From Harriotta raleighana (lineage: Eukaryota), in assembly GCA_050575255.1 (NCBI GenBank), contig JBNZDD010013646.1, positions 2,163,491 through 2,227,490 of the forward strand: a DNA stretch of 64,000 nt, read 5' to 3'. The notes beneath the pieces were generated by a model, which made no database searches, had not been told where the DNA came from, and saw only the letters and a list, made by a program, of their open reading frames with translations. This document shows positions 25,207 to 38,004 of this stretch, piece by piece. How positions within the stretch are numbered: the stretch's first letter is position 1; each line of letters begins with the position of its first letter. The translations under genes and the position numbers were made by a program.

Positions 25207-26178
25207 GGAGTCCTGTATCTCAGTGGTTAGAGCACTCACCTTGTAAGCAAGAGAATTGGGTTCAATTCCAGGCAGAATGAAACCTTGGATAACCTAACTT
25301 ACTCCACATGCCTAATAATAATTGCTTGAAAAACAATTATTCATTTCAGTCCACAACTGTTTGTGGGACACTACTGGGCACGATTGAATGATTGACTGCT
25401 GTGTTTTGCCCACAAATATACAATCAATTCACATTATACAGAAAAACCTTGTTTATCTGGCACCCACGGGACCTGACGAATGGCGGTTAAATGTTTTTCT
25501 GATTAAACGGATACAAAAAAATTAAAATTATTTTTTTAGTAATAACAGATTACCAGCCTGTGCAAACACAGCAAGTTGCCATCCGCATGCCGCTAACCCT
25601 CAGCGAGGGGAAAGCATGGTCGATTACTGTGAAAACTTCTTGCGAGGTATTTTGAATTGATTCAATAGGCTGGACTTGCAGAGAGAGCGTGAGAGTATGC
25701 ACACACACACACACACACACACGTAAATGTTGAACAATGCTATATAAATAATAGACTAAATACACTAATAACAGATACTATCCTAACAGAATATTGTATT
25801 AGTACGTTATAATTTATACTTAACTTCTACAATGGCTGCCAAAGGAGGGAAAAAAAATCGGGAAACAGCATTTTTTTAACAAACAGTAGTATCGCGAGTT
25901 TTGAAAAAAACAGCAGTAGCCCAACTTTAGGCTCAACTAGCGGCCGCCGATATAGCTGCAGCAGTACTAGCGTGTGGGAATCCATTCATTAAATGCGTCT
26001 TTACTATTCTGCTGGATAACTTCTGGTTCATTGAATTGGATCATTTTTTGAGATAGCGGTTGAACAGGTTTTCTGGTTCATCGAGTCACGGATAAACAAG
26101 GTTTTATTGGAGATTATTCTGTGAAGCGCTTTGAGAGACGTGAGAAGCACTATATCAAATGCAAGAATTATTATTGTT
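25207..26178 (+). mobile_element. Young tRNA/Deu SINE split by a MITE (pieces 25207-25438 and ~26110-26178)
   Basis: Head ggagtcctgtatctcagtggttagagc through caattcacatta; resumes tattctgtgaagcgctttgag...gcaagaattattatt after the MITE. Confidence 0.88.
25439..26109. mobile_element. Tigger/pogo-like MITE inserted in a SINE
   Basis: TA|CAGAAAAACCTTGTTTATC ... GATAAACAAGGTTTTATTG; internal (CA)n at ~25700-25722. Confidence 0.85.
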
Positions 26179-26607
26179 CAAGCAAAAAANNNNNNNNNNN
26201 NNNNNNNNNNNNNNNNNNNNNNNNNNNNNNNNNNNNNNNNNNNNNNNNNNNNNNNNNNNNNNNNNNNNNNNNNNNNNNNNNNNNNNNNNNNNNNNNNNNN
26301 NNNNNNNNNNNNNNNNNNNNNNNNNNNNNNNNNNNNNNNNNNNNNNNNNNNNNNNNNNNNNNNNNNNNNNNNNNNNNNNNNNNNNNNNNNNNNNNNNNNN
26401 NNNNNNNNNNNNNNNNNNNNNNNNNNNNNNNNNNNNNNNNNNNNNNNNNNNNNNNNNNNNNNNNNNNNNNNNNNNNNNNNNNNNNNNNNNNNNNNNNNNN
26501 NNNNNNNNNNNNNNNNNNNNNNNNNNNNNNNNNNNNNNNNNNNNNNNNNNNNNNNNNNNNNNNNNNNNNNNNNNNNNNNNNNNNNNNNNNNNNNNNNNNN
26601 NNNNNNN

Positions 26608-26873
26608 TGAATGGCCTTGTAGGTGAGGATGAGGATCTTGAATTCGATCCTCTGGGGGATGGGGAGCCAGTGGAGACGGGCGAGGGTGGGAGTGATGTGG
26701 TCTCGAAGCCTGGTGCGGGAGATTACACGAGCTGCAGAGTTCTGGATGACCTGCAGCTTGTGGATGGAGGAGCCGGGAAGGCCTACAAGGAGAGAGTTCC
26801 CATAGTCCAGCCTTGAGGTGATGAAGGCGTGGACCAGTATCTCAGCAGCATGAGGGGTGAGGCAGTGTCGTAA
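26608..26873 (-). mobile_element. Young L2 ORF2 C-terminal fragment, 3' part in the N-gap
   Basis: Open frame [50 protein letters not shown]...[22 protein letters not shown]. Confidence 0.92.
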
Positions 26874-26983
26874 CCTGTAGCATCTTTCACATCAAGGAGA
26901 GAATTCAAAGTGCTTCACAGAGCAGATTGATAGCCTGAGCCGGAAATGAGAGGAAATTATGGAGGTGGGGGAGGGATGGAAAA

Positions 26984-27135
26984 GTCGTGGATTCATATGA
27001 CCAAATTATTACTGTTTTTTTTTAGGATTATTACTAGGAGTAAGGAAACTTACCCAAGGTTTTGCCCTGCCTGGAAATGAACCCAGGTCTCTCATTTATA
27101 ATGAGAGTGCTCTAACCACTGAGCTACAGGACTCC
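26984..27135 (-). mobile_element. Young SINE, 5' half
   Basis: gagtgctctaaccactgagctacaggactcc is the reverse complement of the head. Confidence 0.88.
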
Positions 27136-28072
27136 TCAAACTAGTAGATACAACGTAATGGTACCTAAGCAAATTGAAGCAACTCAAGCTACTTTAAATT
27201 GCAATTGTATAAAAAATACTGATTACCATTTAAAGTAATGTAAGATTTTTTTTGTTCAGAAATACAGCCCTAGGATTCTATGAATAATATTGGACATTGT
27301 CAATATCTAATGGAGATAAAATTCCACCATTTAACACTATTATAAAGAGGCTGAAAAAAAATTATTCCACAGTACTTTTTGCCGGGAAAGATATTATAAT
27401 GTGAGTGAAACAGCAGGTATATCCTTAAAGAAAGCTTCAAGCAGTGGAAGGAGATGGGAATATTTTTCAGCTGAAACGTTGTGAAAATCCATTGAAATGT
27501 TAGATTGTACATGTCAATACTAAGAGCCTGCAGTCTTTTTATAAATGATCTCGGTTTACTCCCCCCGAACATTAGGCTGTCAACGTTTTTTTTCTTCTTC
27601 CAAATGTCACTTCCAGAATGTAGTGTTAAATGGCAACCTTCACTGCCATTTGCAACTATAAAAAAGGCAGAATTAACCCTCAACTGTTAACATGGGAAAT
27701 TAGTAGTCTTCAAACATCTTACCATCAATGCCACTCCCAGTTAGTTGATAGATCTCAATAGTTGTATGAGGTGTAGAGACAGTTGGTGTGTTATGCTAAA
27801 ATCAATAGAAACAACAAGTTACCAACTAAACTACATTCAGTGTTGTTCTTGATGTACAGATTGAATTCTCCAAATCAAACCTGATCCAAATCAAGCCAGA
27901 CATTAAAATATGTTTGGAGTATATGGAGAAGATCTCTTTCTCTCTACCCTTTCTCTACCACTACTGCTCAAATAAAATTTATAGACCACAGTGGAATCTC
28001 TATTTCAGCTGTGTCCTCCGCAAAATGTTGTGACATTAGCATTTTGCATCTGATCTTTGCAACTGCCTAGAC

Positions 28073-28386
28073 CAGTGGCTTCCAAACTTTGAATAGCTGC
28101 GCCCCCCCTAACTCAGCATTGTTTTCGTTGCATTCCCAGTCCTTTACACGGCTCCGCACACTCGGGTGCTTGGTTCCGCCTCGACTCCACACACTCAGGT
28201 CCTCGGCTCCACCTTGGCTCCACATAATTGCGTCCTGAAATCCACTTCTGCTCCACACACTCGGGTCCTCGGCTCTGCCTCAGCTCCACACGCACTCAGA
28301 GACTCGAGACTCTAAATCTCCATGCCCCTCCAGCCAATGGTATGTGCCCCCCAAGGGAGGCGCGCCCCACAATTTGGAAATCACTG
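28073..28386. mobile_element. hAT (Charlie-type) MITE with an internal ~33 bp tandem repeat
   Basis: TIR CAGTGGCTTCCAAACTT / AATTTGGAAATCACTG; 8 bp flanks gcctagac and acatatac (5/8 identical, central TA); 4-5 units of gctccacacactcgggtcctcggctcc. Confidence 0.8.
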
Positions 28387-28489
28387 ACATATACAATGAT
28401 GATGTGATACGAAACATGAATAGGGGAGGGGATTCAATTAGTTAACTCATGTATTGAAAAAAAATGGCATAAGCTACCTAATAATAAAA

Positions 28490-28640
28490 ATAATAATAAT
28501 GATTACATTGGGTATAGCAGCTTTTATTTCAGGAGGACATCTCAAGGAACTTAATAGAATATGCTGTAAAATGTGGAGTCATTCTGTGTTTTCTGGGCGA
28601 ATGCAGCTGCCAAGTTGCCAATTAGCAAATTCCCACAATG
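28490..28640 (-). mobile_element. Older Deu-type SINE 3' part
   Basis: (AAT)n, L2-like tail, gcagctgccaagttg...agcaaattcccaca. Confidence 0.55.
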
Positions 28641-29975
28641 GGTGTGTTTCAATCCTGCATCACTAAGAATAATATTAACTTAACATCAGTTGAGATTCAT
28701 TCAAACAGCATCTAGTTGAATGATTTATCTTGTTTTTGGTCAGTCATGGATGCAAAGATAAACCTTGAATCAATCCAAATCTACACTGTCAATACAGGAT
28801 GAATGGTAAACGCTGACCTGCAACAAGGCAGACACCAATTAAACTAAATAATCTTAATTGAGTTACAGTTTATCTCATGGGCCTTTCAATTTCCCGTTCA
28901 CTGAAATAAAACACTGGAGTGTCACTCAAAGGTCTCACTAGCTAAGATAATAATGCATAGTTTAGGAAATAATCCAACTATAATTTTGTCATTAGATCAA
29001 AAAGCAGCATTTAGAGGTTTGCAAAGTTACCGCCCGATATGCTTTGGCAACACTGTGGGGTTGTGTTGTGCATTTTTCTGCCAGCAACGCGGACAGATGT
29101 CTAGATAGAAGCATTGCTCTAATGTGTGTACCGCGTACAACACAAAATAAATAAATAGAATGGGTTGGGGAAGGAATAATTCCCCTATTTAGAAAATTAT
29201 TCAGAAGTCCTATTAGGAATAAAATATATGTTTGTTAAAAAGGCAGTTATCAGCTTCCTTCCATTTGTAACAACAAATCGCTGTTGGTAACCACAAAAAT
29301 TGCATTCATACAGAACTTCTCACATTTGGAGGACATTACAAGGCACAGAAAAGTCAAAGATTTTCATCTGAGTTGGGGGTTAGATTCAAGTGGGGTGGGG
29401 GCTAAGGAGTTGAAGTTGGAAGACGAAGATGTGCAGTTAAAGAGCTAAGGTCTTCAAAATGTCAATGTATCGTCAAGAAGCAAAAGGGGAGAAATTGTTG
29501 AATACAATCTTATCTTTGAATTCAGCACACAATAGTTCTTAAAAAAACATACAGATAAAAATCGTCAAAATCATTGCTGTATTGAGGAATTTGTAGCACA
29601 TGCTGCGAATATGGGCTGTGTGCATCTTGTGGCTAAAATCATACATTTGATGTTTTATTTTAAAAATGTGCCACATTTGTTCAGACAAATTTCCGTCTCT
29701 CAGGATTAAGTTAGGTTTATTCATTTGGTGGGTAATGGGAATAGTTATATTCACAAAGGAAATTCACCTGGTGCAATAATAATAATAATAATAATAATAA
29801 TGATAATGTTAATAAAAATAATCCTTGCATCTTGATATAACATTTTTCATGTCTTCTAGAGTCTCAGTGCTTCACAGAATATACTGTAAAGTGAATTGAC
29901 TGTATGTTTGTGGACGAANGCATTTGGTGGGTAATGGGAATACTTATCTTCGCAAAGGAAATTCACCTGGTGCAA

Positions 29976-30321
29976 TAATAATAATAATAATAATAATTAG
30001 AATAATAATAATCCTTGCATTTTGATATAACGTTTTTCATGTCTTCTAGATGTCTCAGTGCTTCACAGAATATACTGTAAAGTGAATTGACTGTATGTTT
30101 GTGGACGAAGCGCAGCAGCCAATTGCGCACAAGCAGTGTCCCATAAACAGTTGTTGATTGAAATGATCAATTTTTTTATAATAGGTTATTTTTGGGCGGA
30201 TTATTATTAGGCCTGTGGAGTACAAAAACTTGACTAAGCTTTCACCCTGAACTGCCTGGATTCGAAATGCAGGTCTCACGTTTGTAAGGCGAGTGCTCTA
30301 ACCACTGAGCTACAGGACTCC
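29976..30321 (-). mobile_element. Full-length young tRNA/Deu SINE; its 3' part is duplicated at 29776-29918
   Basis: (AAT)n tail, core gcagccaattgcgcac, head reverse complement gagtgctctaaccactgagctacaggactcc. Confidence 0.92.
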
Positions 30322-30566
30322 CTAACTCCAGTAACCATCTCATCTCAGGTGTTGACAACAACAATCTACATCAGATTCACATTCCACCTCACAGAGTCAC
30401 TGCAGAATCTATATGTGAATGTAATTTTTGTTGTTGGTTTTTTGTCTTGTTCAACTCTCAACTATCCTTTAAACAACCACATTCATGCTTTGACCCATTC
30501 AACCACACCCCATCTCTGTAAAATTGCCTGTCTCTGGAACTATCTCACCCTCCAGGCTACCGCCAA

Positions 30567-31390
30567 AAACAACAACTCACACTTATGCAGTGCACTGCAT
30601 GCAGGATAGCATTTTAACAGTGGCAGACCCTGACTTCGATCCAGGGTGGGAGAGGTGAACATAAGCATAGTCGAATAGGAAGGGTTTCAGGTGGGACTTC
30701 AAAAAGAGGAACAAGGGGGCATGGGAGAGTGTTCCAGAGTTTACTGTGTGCAGTTTTGGTCTCCTTATTTAAGAAATGATATACTTGCCTTGGAGGGAGT
30801 GCAGCGTAGGTTTACTAGGTTAGTACCTGGAATGAGGGGGATGAGTTATGACGATAGATTGATTAATTTGGGCCTATATTCTCTGGAATATAGAAGAATT
30901 AGAGGGGATCTTATAGAAACCTATAAGGTTATTAAGGAGCACAACAAAGTAGATAGTTGGAGATTGTTTCCTCTGGTTGGAGAATCTAAAACCAGGGGTC
31001 ACAGTCTTAAAGTTAGGGGTCAGCCCTTTCACACTGAGTTGAGAAAAACCTTCTTCACTCAAGAGGTGGATCTATGGAATTCTTTAACCTAAGGGAATGT
31101 TTATGCTCAGTCCTTGATCATATTCAAGACTGAGTTAGATAGATTTCTCATTTATAAAGGGATTAAAGGGAATGGGGATAAGCAAGTAACTGGAGTTAGA
31201 GTAGAATATCAGCCAAGATTGAATGGCGCGGCAGTTAAATAGATTTCTCCATTTCTCTAGATTTCTCTATCTAGATTTCTCAGGAATGGGCCGAATGGTT
31301 GAAAGCACACCTTGAATGGTGGAGTGGTTGGTGCAAGGGACAAGTAGGAGGCTGGGTGCCGGTCGAGCAGAGATCCCGGGAAGTGGATTG
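30567..31390 (-). mobile_element. L2 3' end (tail type B) interrupted by a CR1 (pieces 30567-30740 and ~31285-31390)
   Basis: ...gggagagtgttccagagt [CR1] gggccgaatggttgaaagcac... is colinear with the L2 C-terminal region on the minus strand. Confidence 0.65.
30741..31280 (+). mobile_element. CR1 LINE 3' fragment, well preserved
   Basis: YCVQFWSPYLRNDILALEGVQRRFTRLVPGMRGMSYDDRL..LGLYSLEYRRIRGDLIETYK...TRGHSLK...FFTQ..WNSL; short repetitive tail agatttctc. Confidence 0.95.
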
Positions 31391-31394
31391 AGGA

Positions 31395-32008
31395 TCTCAC
31401 CATGCGTGCATTCGTCACATTAAGTCTCAACAATGGATATTACCTCTTTGTTGGCCTTCCCAGCTCTTCCCTTCACAAGCTGCAGATCATCCAGAACTCT
31501 GCAGCTTGTGTCCTCTCCCGCACTAAGATCTGCAACCACATTACTCCCACCCTCGCCTGACTATGTTAGCTACCATCCCCCAGAGGATCGAATTGAAGAT
31601 CCTCATCCTTGCTTTCAAGGCCATTCACAGCCTTGCCCCTTCCTATCTCTCTGATCTGCTGACTCCCTATCAAACTGCCCACCCCATTCGTTCAGCAGGC
31701 TGCGATCTACTCCATGTCTCCTGTCCTACCTGTCCTACCATTGGTGGCTGGGCTTTCAGCCTCTCTGCCCCCACACTCTGGAACTCCATCCCACAGTCTC
31801 TTTGCCTCACTTCTTCCCTTACGTCCTTAAGGCAGATCTCAAGACACCTTTTCATTAGTGCCTTCTGTCACCTTTCCACCTCTCTCCCTCCCCTCCTCCC
31901 TCCCCCGGCTCTCCCCCATGCTCGAGTGCTGACCCCTGATTGTTCAGCACCTTTGGACATTCCCCCCGCTGTGAAAGGTGTTCTATAAATCTCATTTTGT
32001 TGTGGTTG
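31395..32008 (+). mobile_element. L2 3' fragment
   Basis: IPQRIELKILILAFKAIHSLAPSYLSDLL...IGGWAFSLSAPTLWNSIP, followed by tail type A. Confidence 0.92.
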
Positions 32009-32506
32009 ATCTAGAATGATCTTAAGCCCGGCATTTCATTGCAGTTGGTACAATGCCAGTGACAGTTCAGCATATATCACTATACATAACAATATAAACC
32101 ATTTTTAAAAATTTAAATAAAACTACCTCTAGGTTATTTTCATGGTTCTTGTTTGCTGAAATAGGATCTCATATTCATTCTGTTGTCTCTAAGTAAAGTG
32201 AGATAGGAGCACAGGCATAATTGCAATTTTTAGGGTTGAATTGAGGTGGAGTATGTACAACAAAAACAACTAGATCAGCAACAATGAAAGCAATGAAAAT
32301 ATATCAATCTCTTAAAGTTGTGATGTTGATGAATTATTCATCATTCATTCATCATGTACAGTACAGTATCTCTATCAACAACAATAAAACTAATTGACAT
32401 TTATTACTAATTCAAGGAACAAACTGGAGTAATATTTAAAATTGAACATATCTTTCCAGATTGTGTTGTTATGCATAAGCGATGGAAGACCACAGGATTG
32501 TAAATA

Positions 32507-32770
32507 CAGTAAAATCCCATTTATCCAGCACGCTCGGGGGGGTCGACTAGTTGACACTGCCGGATAAACGGGGGACAAGTTGCCGAAAAAAATTAATTTT
32601 TACCGATCGTTAAAAAACCCAAGTTTGTAAGTTTAATAAGTGCACATGCACACACAATGCATGCATGCACAAAGTGAGCAAACTCACGACTGCTGGAATG
32701 GAGAATTGCCCCGGGAGGGGGGGGTCGAGCAATTCGGTTGATCGGGTCACGGATAAACAAGGTTTTACGG
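32507..32770. mobile_element. Short Tigger/pogo-like MITE
   Basis: TA|CAGTAAAATCCCATTTATCC ... GGATAAACAAGGTTTTACGG|TA. Confidence 0.82.
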
Positions 32771-32821
32771 TATTCCAATTGCATGTTGCAGATCGAGAGA
32801 AACAGCAAAAGTGGCCATGTA

Positions 32822-32894
32822 CAATAACAACAACACCTACAAAATTACATTTGTAGAGTGCCTTGCATGTCGGGAGGACGTCCCAAGGCGCTGA
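32822..32894 (-). mobile_element. Isolated L2 tail (~70 bp)
   Basis: aaaattacatttgtagagtgccttgcatgtcgggaggacgtcccaaggcgctg. Confidence 0.8.
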
Positions 32895-35361
32895 TGTACA
32901 TCAGATTATGGCATTCAGCTCCATGGAATGCCATAATCATGGAATAGGGAATAGGGAAAGTGAATAATGAAGAACTGTAATTGTAAAACATCTCTGGCTC
33001 TCATCAATGTTTGCAATTAGGTTCAAACCAGGAAATGGAAAATGTATCCAGTTAAGGAGCAAGAATAAGTTCGCTAGAATCATTCTCAGAATGAGATTTT
33101 TTTTTCTCCTGATGAGAAATAGACCTTTGGCCAAGTTTATCTGATCTCTGATGCTTTTTATCTGGCTTTCTAGAAATTATATTGTACTAAACAATGGAAA
33201 ACCATAAATCATTAATTTCTATAATCTCTTAAATGATATCTGCTCTCTAAGATTGTGGGTCACATGATGTCCAGTCTTTATAACATTGGATACTTTTACT
33301 GTGCAACACGTTTATTCCGTGGTAGATTGCTCTTGAATCATTTTTTGAAAGTTCAAATGAAGCACTGGACAGAGTTAGGTTTAAGCACAGCATTTTATTG
33401 AAAGGAACAATGGGGAGAAATTTTTATTTATTCCATTTATGTAAAGTTTTAGAGTGAATTTGACAATTTTTGCTCAATTCAATATTAACTCTGAAGTCAG
33501 TGTTCTGTAGTTTGTAAAATAATTTGAAGCATAATCGTTTCTAAATTACAGTTGTAATAAGAATTTGCAACAATACTTAAATAGAGTAAATGTAGTCCCA
33601 GGTAGAATTTCTTCCCAAAGTAGTTTTGAAAGTTATTGCCTGGTTTTTGTTCTGAAACTCCAAAACGCTTTGTAACATCATGCTGAAGTTATCTCAATGA
33701 TATACTTGATCAGAACTATTTTCACATGATCCACTCTCCCTATATCTAAGCAAGTCAATTTCAATCATATAATTACCAGTACTACAAATGACCCTAAATT
33801 CCTGTGAGAAGTTTTGAGATGCAAATGTACTACACCTAATAAATAAGCATTGCCTTTGGTATCATAACACCTTGGATGTAAGAAGGCATTTCAAAGCACT
33901 TCACAGGATTTTCACTGTAAAGTGGGGTGACTGTGTACTTTTGTAATTGCATGCCATCATTTGCAAGGATTAAGATTATTATCAGTTCTTCAAAATCGTG
34001 ACTGCAGTTTCAATCAGCAAATCTTGGTTGAAGTAGCAAATAGAACTGCTGTTGATGTGCCATTAATAGCAGTTCATCTGCAAGAGGAGACCTTCACTTA
34101 AAGAGCAATGTGAAAGTGCTATTGACTTTCCTATCTTGCACAAATATTCTCTGCCTTTCACTGGTATAAACCAAATGTCACATTGAGAATGCTCAGATCT
34201 AATGACCTCCAAGAAACCTATCTAAATATCTTGGCACATAATACTGATTTTCGCAGAGAGAGTGGATACGTTGGCAGTGAAACAGTAAGGGTAGAATTTT
34301 CCCACACTCACTATGAATAGGGAAGATGAGAAATATAGCAGCCTATGTGCCTCACAACATAAACATTAATAATTATAATCCCTGCAATAGATAGGTTTAC
34401 AAAGGTCAAAACTTTTCAAAGTGCTTGATTGGAAATTGCTGTCAAATTTGGAGACTTTGCACTTTCAGGCACAGACTTGTATTGACTTTGCATAAATTTG
34501 GGGGATTTCACGACTTGTTTAAAGTCAGATACATATTTATATCACTGAGGGTAACAGTTAATCAGTAACAATTACAGGAGCTTGTTAAAACCATATTAAT
34601 TTGTGCTCAGACTACTTTGCTGACTGCGGCAATTTGGGTCAGGAAAAACTCATGAATGCAGAATAAAAAATCTATGAAGCCTTTCACCCTAACAACATCA
34701 AATAGCAAGGACTCAGATGTAATGTGTTATGCAACATGTTTTTTTGATGCAATAAGACTTTCCATATTTTATATGTTATACAATCTACAGTACAAATGAT
34801 TAATTCTTTATAACTTTGGTGCAACTGCTCTGGTGTCAAGGCAGAATCTCAATGAAATCATAAGTAGCTTATCTATCTTTAATGTTTCATTCTTTCAACA
34901 CACTAGAATAACCCTCTGGCTATTTTATTTTAAAATAATATAAGATTCACAAGCAGAACAGACTACTTCAAAATTTATTTCAAAACATTCAAAAACAACA
35001 GAAGTAACACTTTTTAAAAAAAAATTAAATAGTTAAGGTTATTTGGTAGGAAAACCTTGCCATGAACATAGAAAAGGCAGTGTATTTGCAATTTTCCAAC
35101 AGAATTACGTTTTCTTACATGTTGTGATTGATAGAAGGTGGATATAGACTACTCATGAAGATTTGGACCAGTTATGGAGTTCGGCATTGCCGGTAGATTG
35201 TAATTTACAGAAATACAAGGTTATGGATATATATACTATATATTGGAATAATGACCAATAAATATGGACACCACCTGTGGTGTCTGGATCTGGATTTAGC
35301 ATCTGGAGATGCTAAATGATTTGTGTGAGCTAATGCAACCATTCTACTGAAATAATGAAAG

Positions 35362-35522
35362 GGCCATGGATTGAAATGACCAATTTATTATTGTTTTAAT
35401 TGAGGGATTATTATTAGGCATGTGGAATAAGGAAACTTGCCCGAGGTTTTGCCCTGTCTGGATTTAAACACAGATGTTACGCTTGTAAGGCGAATGCTCT
35501 AACCACTGAGCTATAGGATTCC
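35362..35522 (-). mobile_element. Young SINE, 5' half
   Basis: ggaaacttgcccgaggttttgccctg...tgctctaaccactgagctataggattcc. Confidence 0.88.
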
Positions 35523-35711
35523 ACAAGATAATACCATTCATCCTTGGGTGATTAGAAAATAACTTCTAATTGGGAACAGGTACAAAAAGTGCAAAATTAG
35601 CTTTTCAGATTGGGAATAGAAGCAGAGCAGAGAGAGTTGCGGAGGAGAGAGAGAAAGAGTTAAGCAGAAGATAAATGGGTAGAAATGATTTCTATTGATA
35701 GGGGATTCAGT

Positions 35712-35970
35712 GGGCAGAGGGCATAGCTGTAAAATAGATTCAAGAACAGTGAACTGAGATTTTCGGAAAATTTTGTTTACCGTGAGAGTTGCTTGGATAT
35801 GGAATGTGGTGAAGATGGAGTAGACAGGCACATAAAAGAAAGAGGCTTGAAGGGTATACGTATAACAGGTTTAAACAGGTCGGTGGGATTAAAGTGATCT
35901 TCTTGCTCTTTGAGCCGGTGTAGACACGATGAGTCGAATAGTCTCCTGTACTGTTGATCCTATTTCTGAA
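35712..35970 (+). mobile_element. Degraded CR1 3' end
   Basis: agagggcatagctgtaaa...tttaccgtgagagtt...tggaat and 3' UTR gatgagtcgaatagtctcctgtactg. Confidence 0.65.
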
Positions 35971-37614
35971 TGAATGCATACCTTGCACAAATCAGTGATA
36001 CAAACATGTTTTGAGTCATTTAAAATATGTTTGCCTCCTAATCTTTACTGAAATATTAATGCATGCAAGAGGGTTGAAGAAAAAGTGACTAGGAATAGTC
36101 TGGTATTTGTATCCCTATGTTCATAAAACTGAACTTGATTAATGGAAGTAAGTACGCAAGGTGAGTAGGTAGGTTGGAGTTCACGCATGATGCAAACACA
36201 TGAATAGCAGAGTAACAATTCTGATGACTGAACTAACTATGACTACGTAGTCAACAAGCCTAGAAAATCTGCAAACCTGTAATAGATTCTCATTTAATTG
36301 GTTGTATGAGCGGAGCACCTTGCAGGTTTTGACATATGTGTCTGCACAGCAGACAGCTGTTTTTCCATGACAACAATAACTGGAAATTCAGCAAGATACT
36401 TCTTTGAGAGGTCAAATAGCTCATTACCAATATGTTAGTATCATTAATTAACTGGTCAATGCTTGATTTCAATAGATTGCTGATATTAATGGCTACAGTT
36501 AAACACCACATGATCACACAAGACAAAAACAACATTGGCTGCTTATGTAGGCATTCAATTAAATCAAAGTTAAAATGGTGCCAAACAATTGAGGTTAAAT
36601 CGAGCAGCTTGCTACTGATAAATGAGCTGCATATTGTTTCTGTTTCTGTTCCTGTAAGCAGGACAATGAAGATGTTATAAAATTCTGGTTTCCGAAGAAC
36701 TGAGGTATACCTTCTACCAGAAACGATGTTACTTTTTATGAATCGATATTTGGTTGGTAAACTATTGCTTTAACTTCACTGAGACAATGCAATGGCAAGA
36801 AATCTATTACGAAAGTTAAAAATCTAGTGTCAAAACAAGATTTGGATGACTGCAGAGAAAGGTGAAGTGAGGGGAAACATGTTTTAGCAAGGACAAAATG
36901 GTCAGTTTGCACATTTGGGGAATTGATCATTTATTATGCATTTCCTTACATTTTACTGGTTTGTGCAATTCTGTCTGTGTGATTGATTTGACTTGTCATG
37001 AAGTAGAAAGTCTTCAAAGATCTGTAATGTATTAATTTGCAAATTCTATTGTTACCCATATTTCACATTCTTTCACTGGTCTTGAAATGATTATAAACTC
37101 TTCATTTCAAAAACGATTTTGAGATAAAAATAGTCTTTCAAAGTCAATGTAGAATAGCTTTGGGGCAGGGCAATCTGCAAGATAATTGGTCACCCCAGTG
37201 ACTCAGCTCTTTGAAACACATATCCTTACGGATGCAATAAAGGCCTTGTACATCACTCTCTTGAGGGCATTAATCTCTTGCTTGGCCTCAAAGGACATTT
37301 CCAGATAACAAACCTGGAGACTGCATCATAAACATCGTCTCTGAAAAACTCTGGAATCAATACAAAATTGGAAACAATACGAGGAAATTGCATAATTTTA
37401 TATTTTCTGCATGAATGAATAGTTGTAAACTTTCACAGTCATTCCCAGAATTTTTAAGTTGAACTTGAAGGCAGCAGCAAAATCAGATAAAGCAGTAAAT
37501 TAAGATGAGGGACAGGAATAGGAAAAGGCAAACATAATGGAACAAATTGAAGATAAAAAAATGACTCAAAAGGAAACATTCCCCACAGCTGGAGTAATAT
37601 TTGAAATATGATGA

Positions 37615-38004
37615 TAATAATAATGAAATACTAACAAATGTTTCATTTGATGATGGAAAGGATGCCTCAAAACGCTTGAAAGGATTTACAATAAAGTATG
37701 GAGACTCTATTTTGTAGATCAATGTAGCAGCCAATTTGCACACAGCAACCAGCCACAAATAGCCATGAAGTGATTGATCAATTATTCAACAACAACAACT
37801 CGCATTTAGATGATGCAGGGTAGTTATTCGGTGATTGCTTTAACATTTCAACTAAAGGACAATACCTTCAACAATGCAATGCTTCCCCAGCACTACATTT
37901 GCATGTGAGCCTAGGATGTCATTTCAGAATCTCATTGACGAGGTTAAACCCACAAACATCTGACTCAGAAGTTGTACAACATCACTTAGATGTTTCACTG
38001 AGCT
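37615..38004 (-). mobile_element. Near full-length older Deu-type SINE
   Basis: gcagccaatttgcacacagcaa (Deu core, reverse complement) and aaacccacaaacatctgactcaga...cactgagc (tRNA head, reverse complement). Confidence 0.75.

Noticed and set aside
26121-26816. Long ORFs crossing N-runs (also 15697-16052 and 63228-63901)
   Set aside because: Artefacts of assembly gaps.
28150-28295. ~33 bp repeats superficially resembling a CRISPR array
   Set aside because: They are head-to-tail degenerate tandem units without unique spacers, inside a hAT MITE in eukaryotic DNA.
29722-30109. ~190 bp direct duplication (29722-29918 and 29921-30109) including a SINE tail
   Set aside because: The copies are separated by a single N at 29919 and differ slightly, typical of unmerged contig overlap or two haplotypes rather than a real duplication.
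30691-31092. 133 aa ORF with clear protein-like sequence
   Set aside because: It is a CR1 ORF2 C-terminal fragment fused to antisense L2 sequence, not a host gene.
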